Notes under the pieces: model-generated
What the model was told of the DNA's origin: nothing
Databases searched by the model: none
The model's input: only the letters and a program-made list of their open reading frames with translations
Program-made: the position numbers and the translations under genes
DNA from: a virus
Virus genome (UHGV): UHGV-1351279
Length of the DNA stretch: 64,000 nt
Reading direction: 5' to 3' (one strand)
Shown: positions 20,613-30,458 of the stretch, piece by piece
How positions within the stretch are numbered: position 1 is the first letter of the stretch
How the letters are laid out: the number at the start of each line of letters is the position of its first letter

Positions 20613-23600
20613 ATGTCTTGTAAAAATACAGTCTTAAACAGTAATAGTAGAAATGTAGTGATGAAAGGTCTTTATGAAAAAGACCTTATCACTGCCTATA
20701 AGAATGTTGGTAATACAACAATAATACAAGTATCTAACATTAAGGATTTCAATAAAAGGAATCAACTTTTAATAGATAAAATACAGGAATTACAACCTCA
20801 ATTTTTATCTTCTTTTGGAAGTATGTATAACACCACTCCAACAGAATTATTCTTTGATAAAGTAAATGGTAGTCAAGAACAATTTGCTATAAAGAATTAT
20901 ATGTTTGAAAGGCTATCTAACTTTAAAATGGTAGATTTTAATAAGCTACAAGAAACTTTAGATAGCTTAGGTAAAATAGCTGTACAAGTATCAAATGGTA
21001 ATATAGAAATTAGAAACCATAAAATACACGGTTTTACTAAAGAAGAAGTAGATGCTATAGTAAAAAAGTATAATACACTTTCTTCTGAAAAACAACAATA
21101 CATAAAAGATGAAATTAGAAATAGTAGAAATATTGTAGATAAAGTAGCTTCAAAACTTTATGATGCTTATGAAGATAGACTTAACCTAATTACTGATATT
21201 GATTCAAATTCAATGAGAATAGGTAATAAAAACTCTAATAATATTATTAAAGTAAAATCTAAGGAAGTTGAATCTAATAGAGAGCTTCAAGAAATAAAAG
21301 ATGAAGTAGCTAATAATAAAGCTAAGGAACTTACAAGAAAAAACACTGAGGATAGCAATAAAAGGAGTAATGATTATAATACTGATGGTGATATATTGCC
21401 TTCAAATGATAATTGGGACTCAAACTCTGACCCTAATATTACACCTCCTGTAACAGATAATTATACAGAATATACAAATTACTTAGATGCACTACTAAAA
21501 AGTGTACAGAAAAAGAAAGGTGAGTTAATAAAAGAACTCAAAAATCCAAAAAACAAGAATAAAACTAAGACTATTGATGACCTAAATAAGCTAATAACTG
21601 AAGAGGGTAAATTACAAGAGTACTATAATAATGCTATATCTGGTGAAAATGAGAAAAATGTAGAGACATTATTTAATGAATTAGATGATTTGTCTCATAA
21701 ACTTGATGTAATAGATAGTGGTAGCATAAAGAATCTTGGAGATAGGGTTGATTTCCTTTTTGGATTTATTACAGGTACAAAATATGGAAGCAATGAAAAT
21801 GTTGATTATGCAATAAGTGAGAATCCTGAACTTAGGTCTAAGGTACTTTCTCTAATGCATAAATATAATAGTAAGCTCAATGAAATATCTAATAAAATCA
21901 TTGAAGAAGATGTTACTTATCAACATAATGTACTTAATAATATTGCATTTAAAAGAGCTGATGGTAAAATAGACAAAGATAAGGTAAATGATTTATTTAA
22001 AGTAAAAGATGATATAAACTTTTTTGAGAAAGCCCTTTTAGGGGTATCTCAAGCAAGTACTAAAGAATCTATTACTCCTCAAATATTAAAGTCATACCTT
22101 GAAAAAAATATGTCTCATAGGACATCTGAAGCTATTGCTTATAAGGATAGATTATTAGCTGCTATTGAGAAATTAGAAGCAAAAGGTATTACTGATTTTA
22201 GCTTTATATTTGAGAAATTTTTATCAGGAGCAAGAACAGGTAATATCATTAGTAAATATACTTCTGAGTATAGGAGAAAGCTTTATAAATACTTTAATAT
22301 GGAAGTTGAGGGTAATGACTATGCTTCTTATTATAGTAAGAAAATACAATGGCTAAAGGCTAATGCTGATGTTATAGACTTTAGAAAAATAAAGGCTTTT
22401 AAAGACCTTTATGGTAAGAACTATCCTAATGAATTTATCTTCTCTGACCAGGAAATGGAAGAATATGAAAATAATCTTAGAAAACAACTTGGTAAAGTGT
22501 ATGATAAAGAGATAGACAAAGTAAATAGTTGGATAGAAAATTATGAGCTTACTAAGCAAAATTATGAATCTAAATATGAAGCAGAGAGAAATAACCCTTT
22601 TGTATTTCTAAGGTCTTATTTTGGAGATTCTCCAACTACAGCAGCTGCATTTAATGGTACAGGAGGTATATCAAGTATATTTCCTAACCTTAATGATATT
22701 GTATTTGTACCAAGAAAAACCTTTACTGAGGGCTATGACTTTAATGGAGAAGAAATAACCTCTGATACAGGCTATTATAATAAAGACTTTGATAGAATTG
22801 AACAGTCTGATGAAATGTTTGAGTATTGGTCTGTATTAGAAGATATATATTCTCAATACATAAATCCTACCTATGACATATCAGGAATGAGCTTTGCTAA
22901 GATACAAAAGGAGTTTCTCGAAAAAGTAAGTGATGCAAAAGGTGCTTCTAAAGCAGGTACTCTAATATCTAAAGGTATACAAGCTTATAGAGAGTATTTC
23001 TATGAAGTAGGTGTAGGTAATAAGAAAGATAAAGGTATTGTAGAGAACTATTCTGATAAGACAAAACAAGAAATAAAGGCTCTATCATCAGCTCTAAAAG
23101 CTAAATCTGTTGATGAGCTTAAATCTATGGCAAAAGATTTAGGTCTTACTATACCTAATAACATAACACCAGAGCAATTAGTTCATGAGATTGCAAGTGA
23201 AATGACTTTAAGGAATTATTCTTCTGATATTAATAAGATAACAGGGGCTTTAATTGATATGGTAGCTTTACAAAAAGCCAGAGAAGATACTTTACCTATA
23301 GCTAATATCTTACTTGAGAAACATAAGAAAACTGTAGGAGAAAGTGAAAGGGAGAGAAAAAATAGTATTGAGAAATTAGAACACTATATCAATAAAGTAA
23401 TTAAGAATGAGCATGAGCATGCAAGAGGTACAGAACAACTAATAGGTAAAGAGATTAAAACACCTGGTTGGATAGAGATGTTACTTGATAAATTAGGTGT
23501 TATAGGTTGGCTTAAAAATAAAGTAGAAAAGAATAGGTTCTTTTACCTTTATAGTGATTCAGAAAGACAATTATTAAAAGAACTCCAGAGTGCAAGAGAA

Positions 23601-25625
23601 AGAGGTCATAACTCTAATATTAGTGATAGTTTCTATCAAGATGGTATGAGATATGAACTTATAGTGGATGAGCATGGGGGTACATATTTTGCAAGCTATA
23701 AAGATAAGCACACAGGAGAAGATAAAATAATTGATATAACTCCTGAGCAATATGAAGAAGCTTATCAAAAGAATATAGAAAGTAAGATACAAAGTTTGGG
23801 TCTTGACTTAAATAGTGCTGGTATTATTCAAGGAATACTAAAAACTATCATTTTTAAAGGATTAGGACTTAACCCTATTGGAGGTATCAGAAACAGGATG
23901 GAAGGTAAAAATACCAACCTTATAATGGATATGACAGGGTATTACTGGACTAAAGGTAATATTAGACATGCTCATAATTTCTTAGCCTTTGCTAATATGT
24001 TGCATATTTTACCTGATAGGATTTCTCCTGAACACATGGGTAAATACAAACAACTAAAAATCTTTAGGTCTTTAGTAGAGAAGATGAGGATTGTTCAAGA
24101 TAGAAAAAACCCTTTAGAGAGAAATATTGAGCAGTCTAAGTTCTCTATGGAGAAATATACTAATGTTTTTTCTTGGGCTGTAGATAACCCTGAGTTTAAG
24201 AACCAGGGTTCTGTGGTTCTTGCTATACTAATGGATACTAAGATAGAGAACAATAAAGGGGAATTAGTACCTATATTTGATGGTTCTAAATTTACTGTAT
24301 TTGAAGAAACTAAAGATGGTTCCTTAAGATTAAAAGAAGAGTTTAGGTCCGAAGAGAATATAAGGAATTGGGAAAATATGGAGGTAGGATTTAATGAAGA
24401 GGATAATAACCAATTCTTTCTAACAAGAAATAAAATGAAGACAGCCATATCAAGAACACAAGGTAACTATGATGATATGGATACTATTTGGGCTTCAAGA
24501 ACTATATGGGGTCAAGTTCTAATGATGTTTAAAAAATGGATGCCAGAACACTTTATGCAGAGATTTGCATCAGGACAGAATTTTGACTTATTTACAGGAA
24601 AGAAACAAATGATGGGTAGATACAGAGCTATGTGGAATAATAATCCTGCATTGGCTGTAACAGGACTTTCCTCTATATTAGTAGGATTAGGTTTAGGAGC
24701 TGGAGCTTTAACTGTAGGAGGTATTACAGGAGTTGTAGCTTTTAAGTTTATACATAATATGATGGGAGGAAATAAAGGTATCTTAGAAGAAGCTAATAAT
24801 ATAGGAGGATTAGTAGCTTTTACTAAGTCAATACTTATTAGTACTCTTAATTACCCTTTAGAGCTTATCAATCTAAAGACAGGTATTCCAACAAAATATG
24901 ATGGATATTCTAAATTAAATCTTACTGAAGAGGAAATAGGTACTTTAAGGTCTTTAGCTAAAGAAATAGCTGTAAAACTAACCTGGTTAAGTATAATGTT
25001 ACTTGCTAAATCTCTTACTTGGGATGATGATGATGATGATGACTCAGATAAAAGGAAGTTACATAATTTCTTAGATAATGAGCTTAATACAACTATTAAT
25101 ACATTACAATCCTGGTCAGACCCAGGTGCTTTATATGATGATGCATCAAGAAGCTCTTTTCTTTTATATTGTGATAATGTAACAAAACTATTAAAGAGTA
25201 TTATGTTACTCAATGGAGGGGATGCTTCAAAATATGCTTTAAAGGTATCTCCTGTACCATCTTTCTTTACACACATGGTATCTAAAGATGGTGATTTACT
25301 AATGCCTTGGCAAAATGATTATGAATATGATAAAGGTAAAACTTATTGGGATGGATTTATAAAAGAAATAAAAGGTAGAGGACATGAAAAATGGTCTAAG
25401 AAAGAATACAATAAAATAAGAAAAGAGAAAAAAGCTGAAATGTTAGAACAAGGTATGAGTGAAAAAGAGATTAAAGAAGCTCTTGGTACTAAACCAAAAG
25501 GAATGTCCTATGTAGATGCTTTAGATTATATGGAAAATGGAGGATTACCTCCACAAGAACCTAAGAAAAAAGGTAGACCTAAAGGTAGTAAAAACAAGAA
25601 AAAAGAGGATTCAGCTCAAAAGTAA
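20613..25625 (+). CDS. giant virion cargo protein, 1670 aa, with TM helices, poly-Asp run and C-terminal AT-hook
   Basis: Hydrophobic Gly-rich helices ALAVTGLSSILVGLGLGAGALTVGGITGVVAF (~24650-24760). DDDDDDD at 25023-25043. C-terminal KKGRPKGSKNKKK (GRP core AT-hook) ~25566-25604. Confidence 0.5.
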   Translation: MSCKNTVLNSNSRNVVMKGLYEKDLITAYKNVGNTTIIQVSNIKDFNKRNQLLIDKIQELQPQFLSSFGSMYNTTPTELFFDKVNGSQEQFAIKNYMFERLSNFKMVDFNKLQETLDSLGKIAVQVSNGNIEIRNHKIHGFTKEEVDAIVKKYNTLSSEKQQYIKDEIRNSRNIVDKVASKLYDAYEDRLNLITDIDSNSMRIGNKNSNNIIKVKSKEVESNRELQEIKDEVANNKAKELTRKNTEDSNKRSNDYNTDGDILPSNDNWDSNSDPNITPPVTDNYTEYTNYLDALLKSVQKKKGELIKELKNPKNKNKTKTIDDLNKLITEEGKLQEYYNNAISGENEKNVETLFNELDDLSHKLDVIDSGSIKNLGDRVDFLFGFITGTKYGSNENVDYAISENPELRSKVLSLMHKYNSKLNEISNKIIEEDVTYQHNVLNNIAFKRADGKIDKDKVNDLFKVKDDINFFEKALLGVSQASTKESITPQILKSYLEKNMSHRTSEAIAYKDRLLAAIEKLEAKGITDFSFIFEKFLSGARTGNIISKYTSEYRRKLYKYFNMEVEGNDYASYYSKKIQWLKANADVIDFRKIKAFKDLYGKNYPNEFIFSDQEMEEYENNLRKQLGKVYDKEIDKVNSWIENYELTKQNYESKYEAERNNPFVFLRSYFGDSPTTAAAFNGTGGISSIFPNLNDIVFVPRKTFTEGYDFNGEEITSDTGYYNKDFDRIEQSDEMFEYWSVLEDIYSQYINPTYDISGMSFAKIQKEFLEKVSDAKGASKAGTLISKGIQAYREYFYEVGVGNKKDKGIVENYSDKTKQEIKALSSALKAKSVDELKSMAKDLGLTIPNNITPEQLVHEIASEMTLRNYSSDINKITGALIDMVALQKAREDTLPIANILLEKHKKTVGESERERKNSIEKLEHYINKVIKNEHEHARGTEQLIGKEIKTPGWIEMLLDKLGVIGWLKNKVEKNRFFYLYSDSERQLLKELQSARERGHNSNISDSFYQDGMRYELIVDEHGGTYFASYKDKHTGEDKIIDITPEQYEEAYQKNIESKIQSLGLDLNSAGIIQGILKTIIFKGLGLNPIGGIRNRMEGKNTNLIMDMTGYYWTKGNIRHAHNFLAFANMLHILPDRISPEHMGKYKQLKIFRSLVEKMRIVQDRKNPLERNIEQSKFSMEKYTNVFSWAVDNPEFKNQGSVVLAILMDTKIENNKGELVPIFDGSKFTVFEETKDGSLRLKEEFRSEENIRNWENMEVGFNEEDNNQFFLTRNKMKTAISRTQGNYDDMDTIWASRTIWGQVLMMFKKWMPEHFMQRFASGQNFDLFTGKKQMMGRYRAMWNNNPALAVTGLSSILVGLGLGAGALTVGGITGVVAFKFIHNMMGGNKGILEEANNIGGLVAFTKSILISTLNYPLELINLKTGIPTKYDGYSKLNLTEEEIGTLRSLAKEIAVKLTWLSIMLLAKSLTWDDDDDDDSDKRKLHNFLDNELNTTINTLQSWSDPGALYDDASRSSFLLYCDNVTKLLKSIMLLNGGDASKYALKVSPVPSFFTHMVSKDGDLLMPWQNDYEYDKGKTYWDGFIKEIKGRGHEKWSKKEYNKIRKEKKAEMLEQGMSEKEIKEALGTKPKGMSYVDALDYMENGGLPPQEPKKKGRPKGSKNKKKEDSAQK

Positions 25626-25632
25626 AAAAAAT

Positions 25633-25662
25633 AAAGAAGATGGATAAAAAACCATCTTCTTT
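25633..25662. terminator. bidirectional rho-independent terminator (11-bp stem AAAGAAGATGG/CCATCTTCTTT)
   Basis: Perfect inverted repeat with 8-nt loop, 8 nt after the stop of the 1670-aa gene. A-run on the left and T-run (ttatttgtgt) on the right, so a U-tract follows the hairpin in either orientation. Confidence 0.6.
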
Positions 25663-25734
25663 ATTTGTGTATTAATTTTAATTTTCTTACTTTTGCACAA
25701 GGAATTTTTCTTATTTTTCGTTTTGCCACTTGTA

Positions 25735-25770
25735 AGAGTGTTAGAGGTATCTAACACTCTTTTTCTTTAT
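25735..25770 (+). terminator. second plus-strand hairpin terminator (AGAGTGTTAG-6 nt-CTAACACTCT plus TTTTCTTT)
   Basis: 10-bp perfect stem followed by a T-tract. Overlaps the 3' end of the minus-strand kinase gene, so it would stop read-through from the plus block. Confidence 0.4.
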
Positions 25771-26325
25771 ATCTTTTACAATTCCTAATACTCTAAGAAA
25801 CAAATCTCTTATAGTGCCACTGTTATCTATAACATAGTCAAAAGCATCATCTGAGAGATATAAAAGGTCAGTTTCTGAGTAATGAGTAGTATCTAATTTT
25901 ACTCTATCACTTTTTACTCTAATGAATATAGGTTTAAGCTCCTTTAATAGATTGTACTCATGTCTAAATCTCATGTCAGTAATGACATTAAACTCAAAAC
26001 TTGACTCTTCTATTTGTTTTAGTATGATTTTAGCAAACACTTCTTTTCCAAAGTTCTTACAAAACATATCACCTATCATTGTATAATAGTTTCTTGGAGT
26101 CATTGCCTTAGATATATTAGTAAGTCCAATATCATGTACAGACCTATCCTTATAATCATCAAGTGTTTCAACAGGAACACCTAATACAATAGAAGTTATC
26201 TCCTTTATAGGTTTTGCAAAAGCAAAGGTTTTACAAGTAGTATAATGAAACATATCTTGCATGAAGTTTGCTACAGTGTCTTTCCCTACACCTTTATTTC
26301 CTGATATTACTATTAATGTACTCAT
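25741..26325 (-). CDS. deoxynucleoside monophosphate kinase (T4 gp1-like P-loop kinase)
   Basis: N-terminus MSTLIVISGNKGVGKDTVANFM closely parallels T4 gp1 MKLIFLSGVKRSGKDT (P-loop GxxGKD). Confidence 0.55.
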   Translation of the reverse strand: MSTLIVISGNKGVGKDTVANFMQDMFHYTTCKTFAFAKPIKEITSIVLGVPVETLDDYKDRSVHDIGLTNISKAMTPRNYYTMIGDMFCKNFGKEVFAKIILKQIEESSFEFNVITDMRFRHEYNLLKELKPIFIRVKSDRVKLDTTHYSETDLLYLSDDAFDYVIDNSGTIRDLFLRVLGIVKDIKKKSVRYL

Positions 26326-26780
26326 TCTTTACCACTTTTATAAATGTTTTTATCTGTATTATACACAGTTTTTTCACCTCTCATTTCATTATTTATAGTA
26401 CATAGATGTACAAATATAATATCTTCAAAGTCTGTAACATATTGCTCAAAAGCTGTTACAAGGTCAGGTTTGTCAAGGTAAACTTTTTTAAATTCTTCTT
26501 TCAGTTCATTAGCTAAGTTCTTAGCTTTGTTAAGTCTGTTTTTCATTAGAAACTTAACTAAATCACTGTCTTTGAGATATTCTACAAGTTTATCTATAGC
26601 TCCTATATAAGCCATTACAAGTACAAAATAATGAAAATGCTTTTCTTTTTTAAGCACAGGAGTAGCTCTTTCATAGCTTCTCTGTCTTACAGCAAGTTCC
26701 ATGAGTTTATTTACTTCACTTTTTGTAAGTTGAAGACCTCTTGCTTTTAACTCTAATTCAAATTCTTTTCTTGCATCCAT
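26322..26780 (-). CDS. hypothetical protein
   Basis: ORF tiled with 4-nt overlap to its neighbour; no motif recognised. Confidence 0.4.
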   Translation of the reverse strand: MDARKEFELELKARGLQLTKSEVNKLMELAVRQRSYERATPVLKKEKHFHYFVLVMAYIGAIDKLVEYLKDSDLVKFLMKNRLNKAKNLANELKEEFKKVYLDKPDLVTAFEQYVTDFEDIIFVHLCTINNEMRGEKTVYNTDKNIYKSGKE

Positions 26781-26781
26781 A

Positions 26782-27552
26782 TTAATCTTCTTGTTCCATT
26801 AAAGGTAATATACCATTATCTTTTAGTTTATTGTACAGAAATAACCTACCCTTTTGAGTCCATTTTGTATTAAGTACATAGGTTGTAGAAGAATCATCAG
26901 AAAGTACTGTTTCACTTTTAGTATAACCACTCCTTGCATAAGGAGCATAAGGAAGCCAAGTATTGCCTTGTTTATACTGAATACCTATTTCATTGAGCTT
27001 TTTATTAAGCTCTTGAGCAGTCATTCCATAATCTTTAGCAATCTCTCTTACAGTGAGACAATTCTTTGTTCTAAGTATCTCATCACAGTAATCTGCTTTA
27101 GGCTGTAGCTCTTCAATGAGAAGTGTTTGTTGCCTTGTTTTCTCTTCAAGAAGATAGTTCTTTTCAACTTCAGCTGCATAAGCTCTAAGAGCTTCAGGGA
27201 GTGTTTTAGGTACTAAGTTATAATAGCCTTCTTTTCTAATGGTTGGCAATACTTCCTCAACAACCCAATCTTGAAACTTCAAAGCACTATCTAATTGTGA
27301 CCTCATTATAAGTCTATAAAGGTTGGCTTCATTGATAAAATTTAGTTCATTACTACCAATTCCATCAGAATTTGTGACTCTCTGTTTCACCGTACCGTCT
27401 GATTTACAATGAGTTGTAACAGCTTCACCTGGTCTTTTATAGCCTAAAGCTCTGGCTACATCTACACCAGCAAAATAAGGATTATTATTGTCATCAACAA
27501 TAACTCTTACCTGACCAAAGTCAGGATTTTGGAAAATTTCAATTTTGTTCAT
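26782..27552 (-). CDS. Bro-N domain protein (phage antirepressor-like)
   Basis: MNKIEIFQNPDFGQVRVIVDDNNNPYFAGVDVARALGY is a typical Bro-N N-terminus. The track's longer ORF (to 27606) would begin at GTG inside the upstream terminator hairpin; the ATG at 27550-27552 is preferred. Confidence 0.55.
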   Translation of the reverse strand: MNKIEIFQNPDFGQVRVIVDDNNNPYFAGVDVARALGYKRPGEAVTTHCKSDGTVKQRVTNSDGIGSNELNFINEANLYRLIMRSQLDSALKFQDWVVEEVLPTIRKEGYYNLVPKTLPEALRAYAAEVEKNYLLEEKTRQQTLLIEELQPKADYCDEILRTKNCLTVREIAKDYGMTAQELNKKLNEIGIQYKQGNTWLPYAPYARSGYTKSETVLSDDSSTTYVLNTKWTQKGRLFLYNKLKDNGILPLMEQED

Positions 27553-27583
27553 ATAAATATTAATTAAGTTTATAAATAAAAAA

Positions 27584-27612
27584 CCTTGTGTGGTTAGGAA
27601 GTCCACACAAGG
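27584..27612 (-). terminator. rho-independent terminator (CCTTGTGTGG-9 nt-CCACACAAGG) for the minus-strand transcript
   Basis: 10-bp perfect stem. On the minus strand it is followed by TTTTTTATTT. Lies between the 27715..27909 gene and the Bro-N gene. Confidence 0.6.
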
Positions 27613-27714
27613 TAATTCAAATTAAATAAATTATGATGATAAATAGGGCGCGTAAACACAAAGTTTTTTGAGTTACAAAAGTACAATAAAATATTGTAAG
27701 TATATAATTTTTAA

Positions 27715-27909
27715 CTAACTTTGATTTACCTCTTTCATCAGAAGACATTTATAGTTCTTGAAATAAGGGTCTGAGTTAAAGAAATTGTTATATTTTTCAA
27801 TAATTTCTTGAGGATTTTGTTCTTCTGTAAATACAAGTTCTCCTCTATAAATACTCATAATTTGACCTTTATCATTGAGTTCCTCTTCTATAATTATAAT
27901 CTTTATCAT
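27715..27909 (-). CDS. hypothetical small protein
   Basis: 64-aa ORF overlapping its neighbour by 4 nt. Confidence 0.35.
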   Translation of the reverse strand: MIKIIIIEEELNDKGQIMSIYRGELVFTEEQNPQEIIEKYNNFFNSDPYFKNYKCLLMKEVNQS

Positions 27910-28451
27910 ATAAAATCTTCATTATCTTTGTAAGTACTTGTTTCAAGTGTTCTACCATTAGTATCTTTTGGTAACCTTTCTATGTAATCCAAAATTTTAG
28001 AAACATTGTTTTTTGAAATGAAATATTGACTCTCCATAATAAACTTAGGGTCTGTTTCATTAAGGTAAATTTTAGTTGCTTCTAAGATGTCTCTGGAACC
28101 TATAGAAGGATTATTTAAGAGCAGCTTCTTTATCTTAGGAAGTACAGTGTTCAAACTGTTCCTTCTTAAAGAGTTTCTCTTAGCAAACATTTCTATGTAT
28201 TCTTTAACCCATTCAAAACCTTCTACGGATTCACCAAAGAGGTCAATTTTCCATGTTATTTTGTTTTTGGTATAATCAATAGTGTAAAATCCTAAAGAGG
28301 AGATTTTGTTCTCTAAAGCCTCTGGAAAGTATGATGGTTTCAAGTTTAGGTATTTACAAAGTAAAAATACTTTACCATCATCTACAGGCACATTGTTTTT
28401 AGTTAGAATCTCAGAAACCTCTGGATTAAAATCAAGCTTTATTTTTGTCAT
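27906..28451 (-). CDS. hypothetical protein
   Basis: 181-aa ORF in the tiled array. Confidence 0.4.
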   Translation of the reverse strand: MTKIKLDFNPEVSEILTKNNVPVDDGKVFLLCKYLNLKPSYFPEALENKISSLGFYTIDYTKNKITWKIDLFGESVEGFEWVKEYIEMFAKRNSLRRNSLNTVLPKIKKLLLNNPSIGSRDILEATKIYLNETDPKFIMESQYFISKNNVSKILDYIERLPKDTNGRTLETSTYKDNEDFI

Positions 28452-28678
28452 CTTTTTCTAAAAAACTGTGTTACTATTAGACAAGTTAGAAATACCAAAA
28501 ATATGATATTTACAATAGGTGCTACACTAAGTAAAGCAAATATGTAAATACTTGTTTTATAAGAACAAGTATCACAAAAAAGGTTACTTAATGTGTATGG
28601 AGTATACATACTTATTATATAATAAAATAAGTAGCATAAACCAATAGGTAATAAATAAAAAAATAAAAAGTCTATCAT
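28448..28678 (-). CDS. small membrane protein (2 predicted TM helices)
   Basis: 76 aa, strongly hydrophobic FFYLLPIGLCYLFYYII and ALLSVAPIVNIIFLVFLTCLIV. Confidence 0.4.
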   Translation of the reverse strand: MIDFLFFYLLPIGLCYLFYYIISMYTPYTLSNLFCDTCSYKTSIYIFALLSVAPIVNIIFLVFLTCLIVTQFFRKR

Positions 28679-28683
28679 AATAA

Positions 28684-30255
28684 TTAATTTAAGTGTTTTA
28701 CTTTACTTCCATATAGTACAAAGAGTTTCTTAGAAGCTCTACTCATACCTACGTAATTTAAAGAGTTACCCTCTGTACCTACTTGTATATTTCTTTCCAT
28801 TAAAGGGTTTGTATTAACTTCTGTAGAAAGAGAGTTGAAGAATATATTACTATAAGTGGCACCTTGAGATTTATGAATAGTAATACCATACCCATAATCT
28901 ATACCTTTCTCAATAATAAGTTCTGGAAATTCTTTTCTAACCCTTTCATGTGTAGGATTGTGAGAAGAATATAATTCCATTCTATCATTGGCTGGTACAT
29001 AAATATAAGTGTTACCTAAGTCTATACTTTTAAAAGCACTTGTTAGGTCATCTATACGAGAATAATAGTTCTTCCAATTATTAGTTGCTATAGCATTTAC
29101 TTTAGCATTGTATATCTTCTTGAAAAGATTGCTAATAATTCTATTATTATTTTCATACATCTCCTTTGTAATCTCTTTAAATACAATACTATCTTTTTCA
29201 GATAAAGGGTAATAAGTAGTACTCATGTTAGAAAGTTCTTCATTAATCATACTTAGTACCTTTGAATACCCTGCTATAAATACAAAAGAGTCTTTAAATC
29301 TAACATCAGTTACTTGAAACTTTACAGAGTTAGCAAGGTTACCATTTACAATATTCTTATTATTATAACCTCCATAACCTATAATACTTTCTCCAACATG
29401 TAATCCATAAATATCTTCATAGAGTACTTCTTTTACCTTTTTATTGAATGCTTGTATGGATTGATTAGTGTAACTTACAAACACAGTATTTTCAGGTTCT
29501 TCTTTATATAATTCTATGAATTTTTCAAAGAACTCTGCTTTTTGTCCTGCATTATAATAAGTAACAGTTTCTGTATTATCTATGATAGGGAGTACACCTG
29601 TTGGATTACTCCTTATCTCTGTAAGTATTTTAAGTATACTTGCATCTTCTGTCCTCTTTACCTCTGTTAATTGTACAAGTTTGAACTTAGTAAATACATC
29701 AGATACATACTTATTTTTATCCTTTGTAATCTCAGGTATCTGAGCTTTATCTCCCATGAAAACAATATTTACTTTCTTAGCAGTCATAAGCCTTACTAAA
29801 TCTTCAACATCTTTTCTTGATAACATAGAACTCTCATCTACAATAAGAACATTATTTTTATAAGGGTCTAAAGCACTTGTAAATTTAGAACTAAGCTTTT
29901 TTTCAAAAGTTCTTGTTTTTCCATTGTACATATTAACCATAATACTTTGTATAGTATAAGGAAGAAAACCTAAATTTAGCCCTAAATATACAGTTGCTGC
30001 ATGTGTTGGAGCAGCATATATAAAGTTAAATCCAGAGAACATGTCTCTATTAAACTTCTTTTTCATGTATTTTTGTAAATACCTTATTACTGAAGTCTTA
30101 CCAGTACCTGCATACCCTGATAAAGTGATAGGGGTAGTCTCATTTATTACATGGTCTATAATTTCTTTAAGGGCATTGTCTTGCTCCTGAGTTAATTTGA
30201 ATTTTGTAGGTATAGAAATACCTTTATATTCAAAAAAGTTACCTTCTCTTGTCAT
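28684..30255 (-). CDS. Dda/RecD-like SF1 DNA helicase
   Basis: Walker A SGYAGTGKTS (~30094-30120), APTHAAT, Walker B LIVDESSM, motif-VI-like ITIHKSQGATY. Paralog of the C-terminal domain of the 1800-aa plus-strand protein. Confidence 0.65.
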   Translation of the reverse strand: MTREGNFFEYKGISIPTKFKLTQEQDNALKEIIDHVINETTPITLSGYAGTGKTSVIRYLQKYMKKKFNRDMFSGFNFIYAAPTHAATVYLGLNLGFLPYTIQSIMVNMYNGKTRTFEKKLSSKFTSALDPYKNNVLIVDESSMLSRKDVEDLVRLMTAKKVNIVFMGDKAQIPEITKDKNKYVSDVFTKFKLVQLTEVKRTEDASILKILTEIRSNPTGVLPIIDNTETVTYYNAGQKAEFFEKFIELYKEEPENTVFVSYTNQSIQAFNKKVKEVLYEDIYGLHVGESIIGYGGYNNKNIVNGNLANSVKFQVTDVRFKDSFVFIAGYSKVLSMINEELSNMSTTYYPLSEKDSIVFKEITKEMYENNNRIISNLFKKIYNAKVNAIATNNWKNYYSRIDDLTSAFKSIDLGNTYIYVPANDRMELYSSHNPTHERVRKEFPELIIEKGIDYGYGITIHKSQGATYSNIFFNSLSTEVNTNPLMERNIQVGTEGNSLNYVGMSRASKKLFVLYGSKVKHLN

Positions 30256-30439
30256 CTAAATACTTTTTAATCTTTACAATATATTTATCTCTTGTTTCTG
30301 TGTCAAGAGATTCAAATCTTAATAATAAATCACCTCCTGTCCAATGAGTAACATATCTTATTGCTTTCTTTATATCTACTTCATCAGCTTCAACAGTGAT
30401 TTTATCTATACCATTTCCCCAATCTTGACTAATTTTCAT
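30239..30439 (-). CDS. hypothetical small protein
   Basis: 66-aa ORF overlapping the helicase start by 17 nt. Confidence 0.35.
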   Translation of the reverse strand: MKISQDWGNGIDKITVEADEVDIKKAIRYVTHWTGGDLLLRFESLDTETRDKYIVKIKKYLDDKRR

Positions 30440-30458
30440 GTTAAAATTTTTTAGTAAA

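Noticed and set aside
16291-25276. Minus-strand ORFs inside the 1800- and 1670-aa genes (16291..16761, 17210..17425, 17472..17783, 18115..18312, 18730..18960, 20897..21103, 22353..22559, 23574..23792, 24095..24448, 24851..25276)
   Set aside because: Antisense to giant ORFs carrying recognisable helicase/TM/AT-hook features, and compositionally biased. Treated as spurious.
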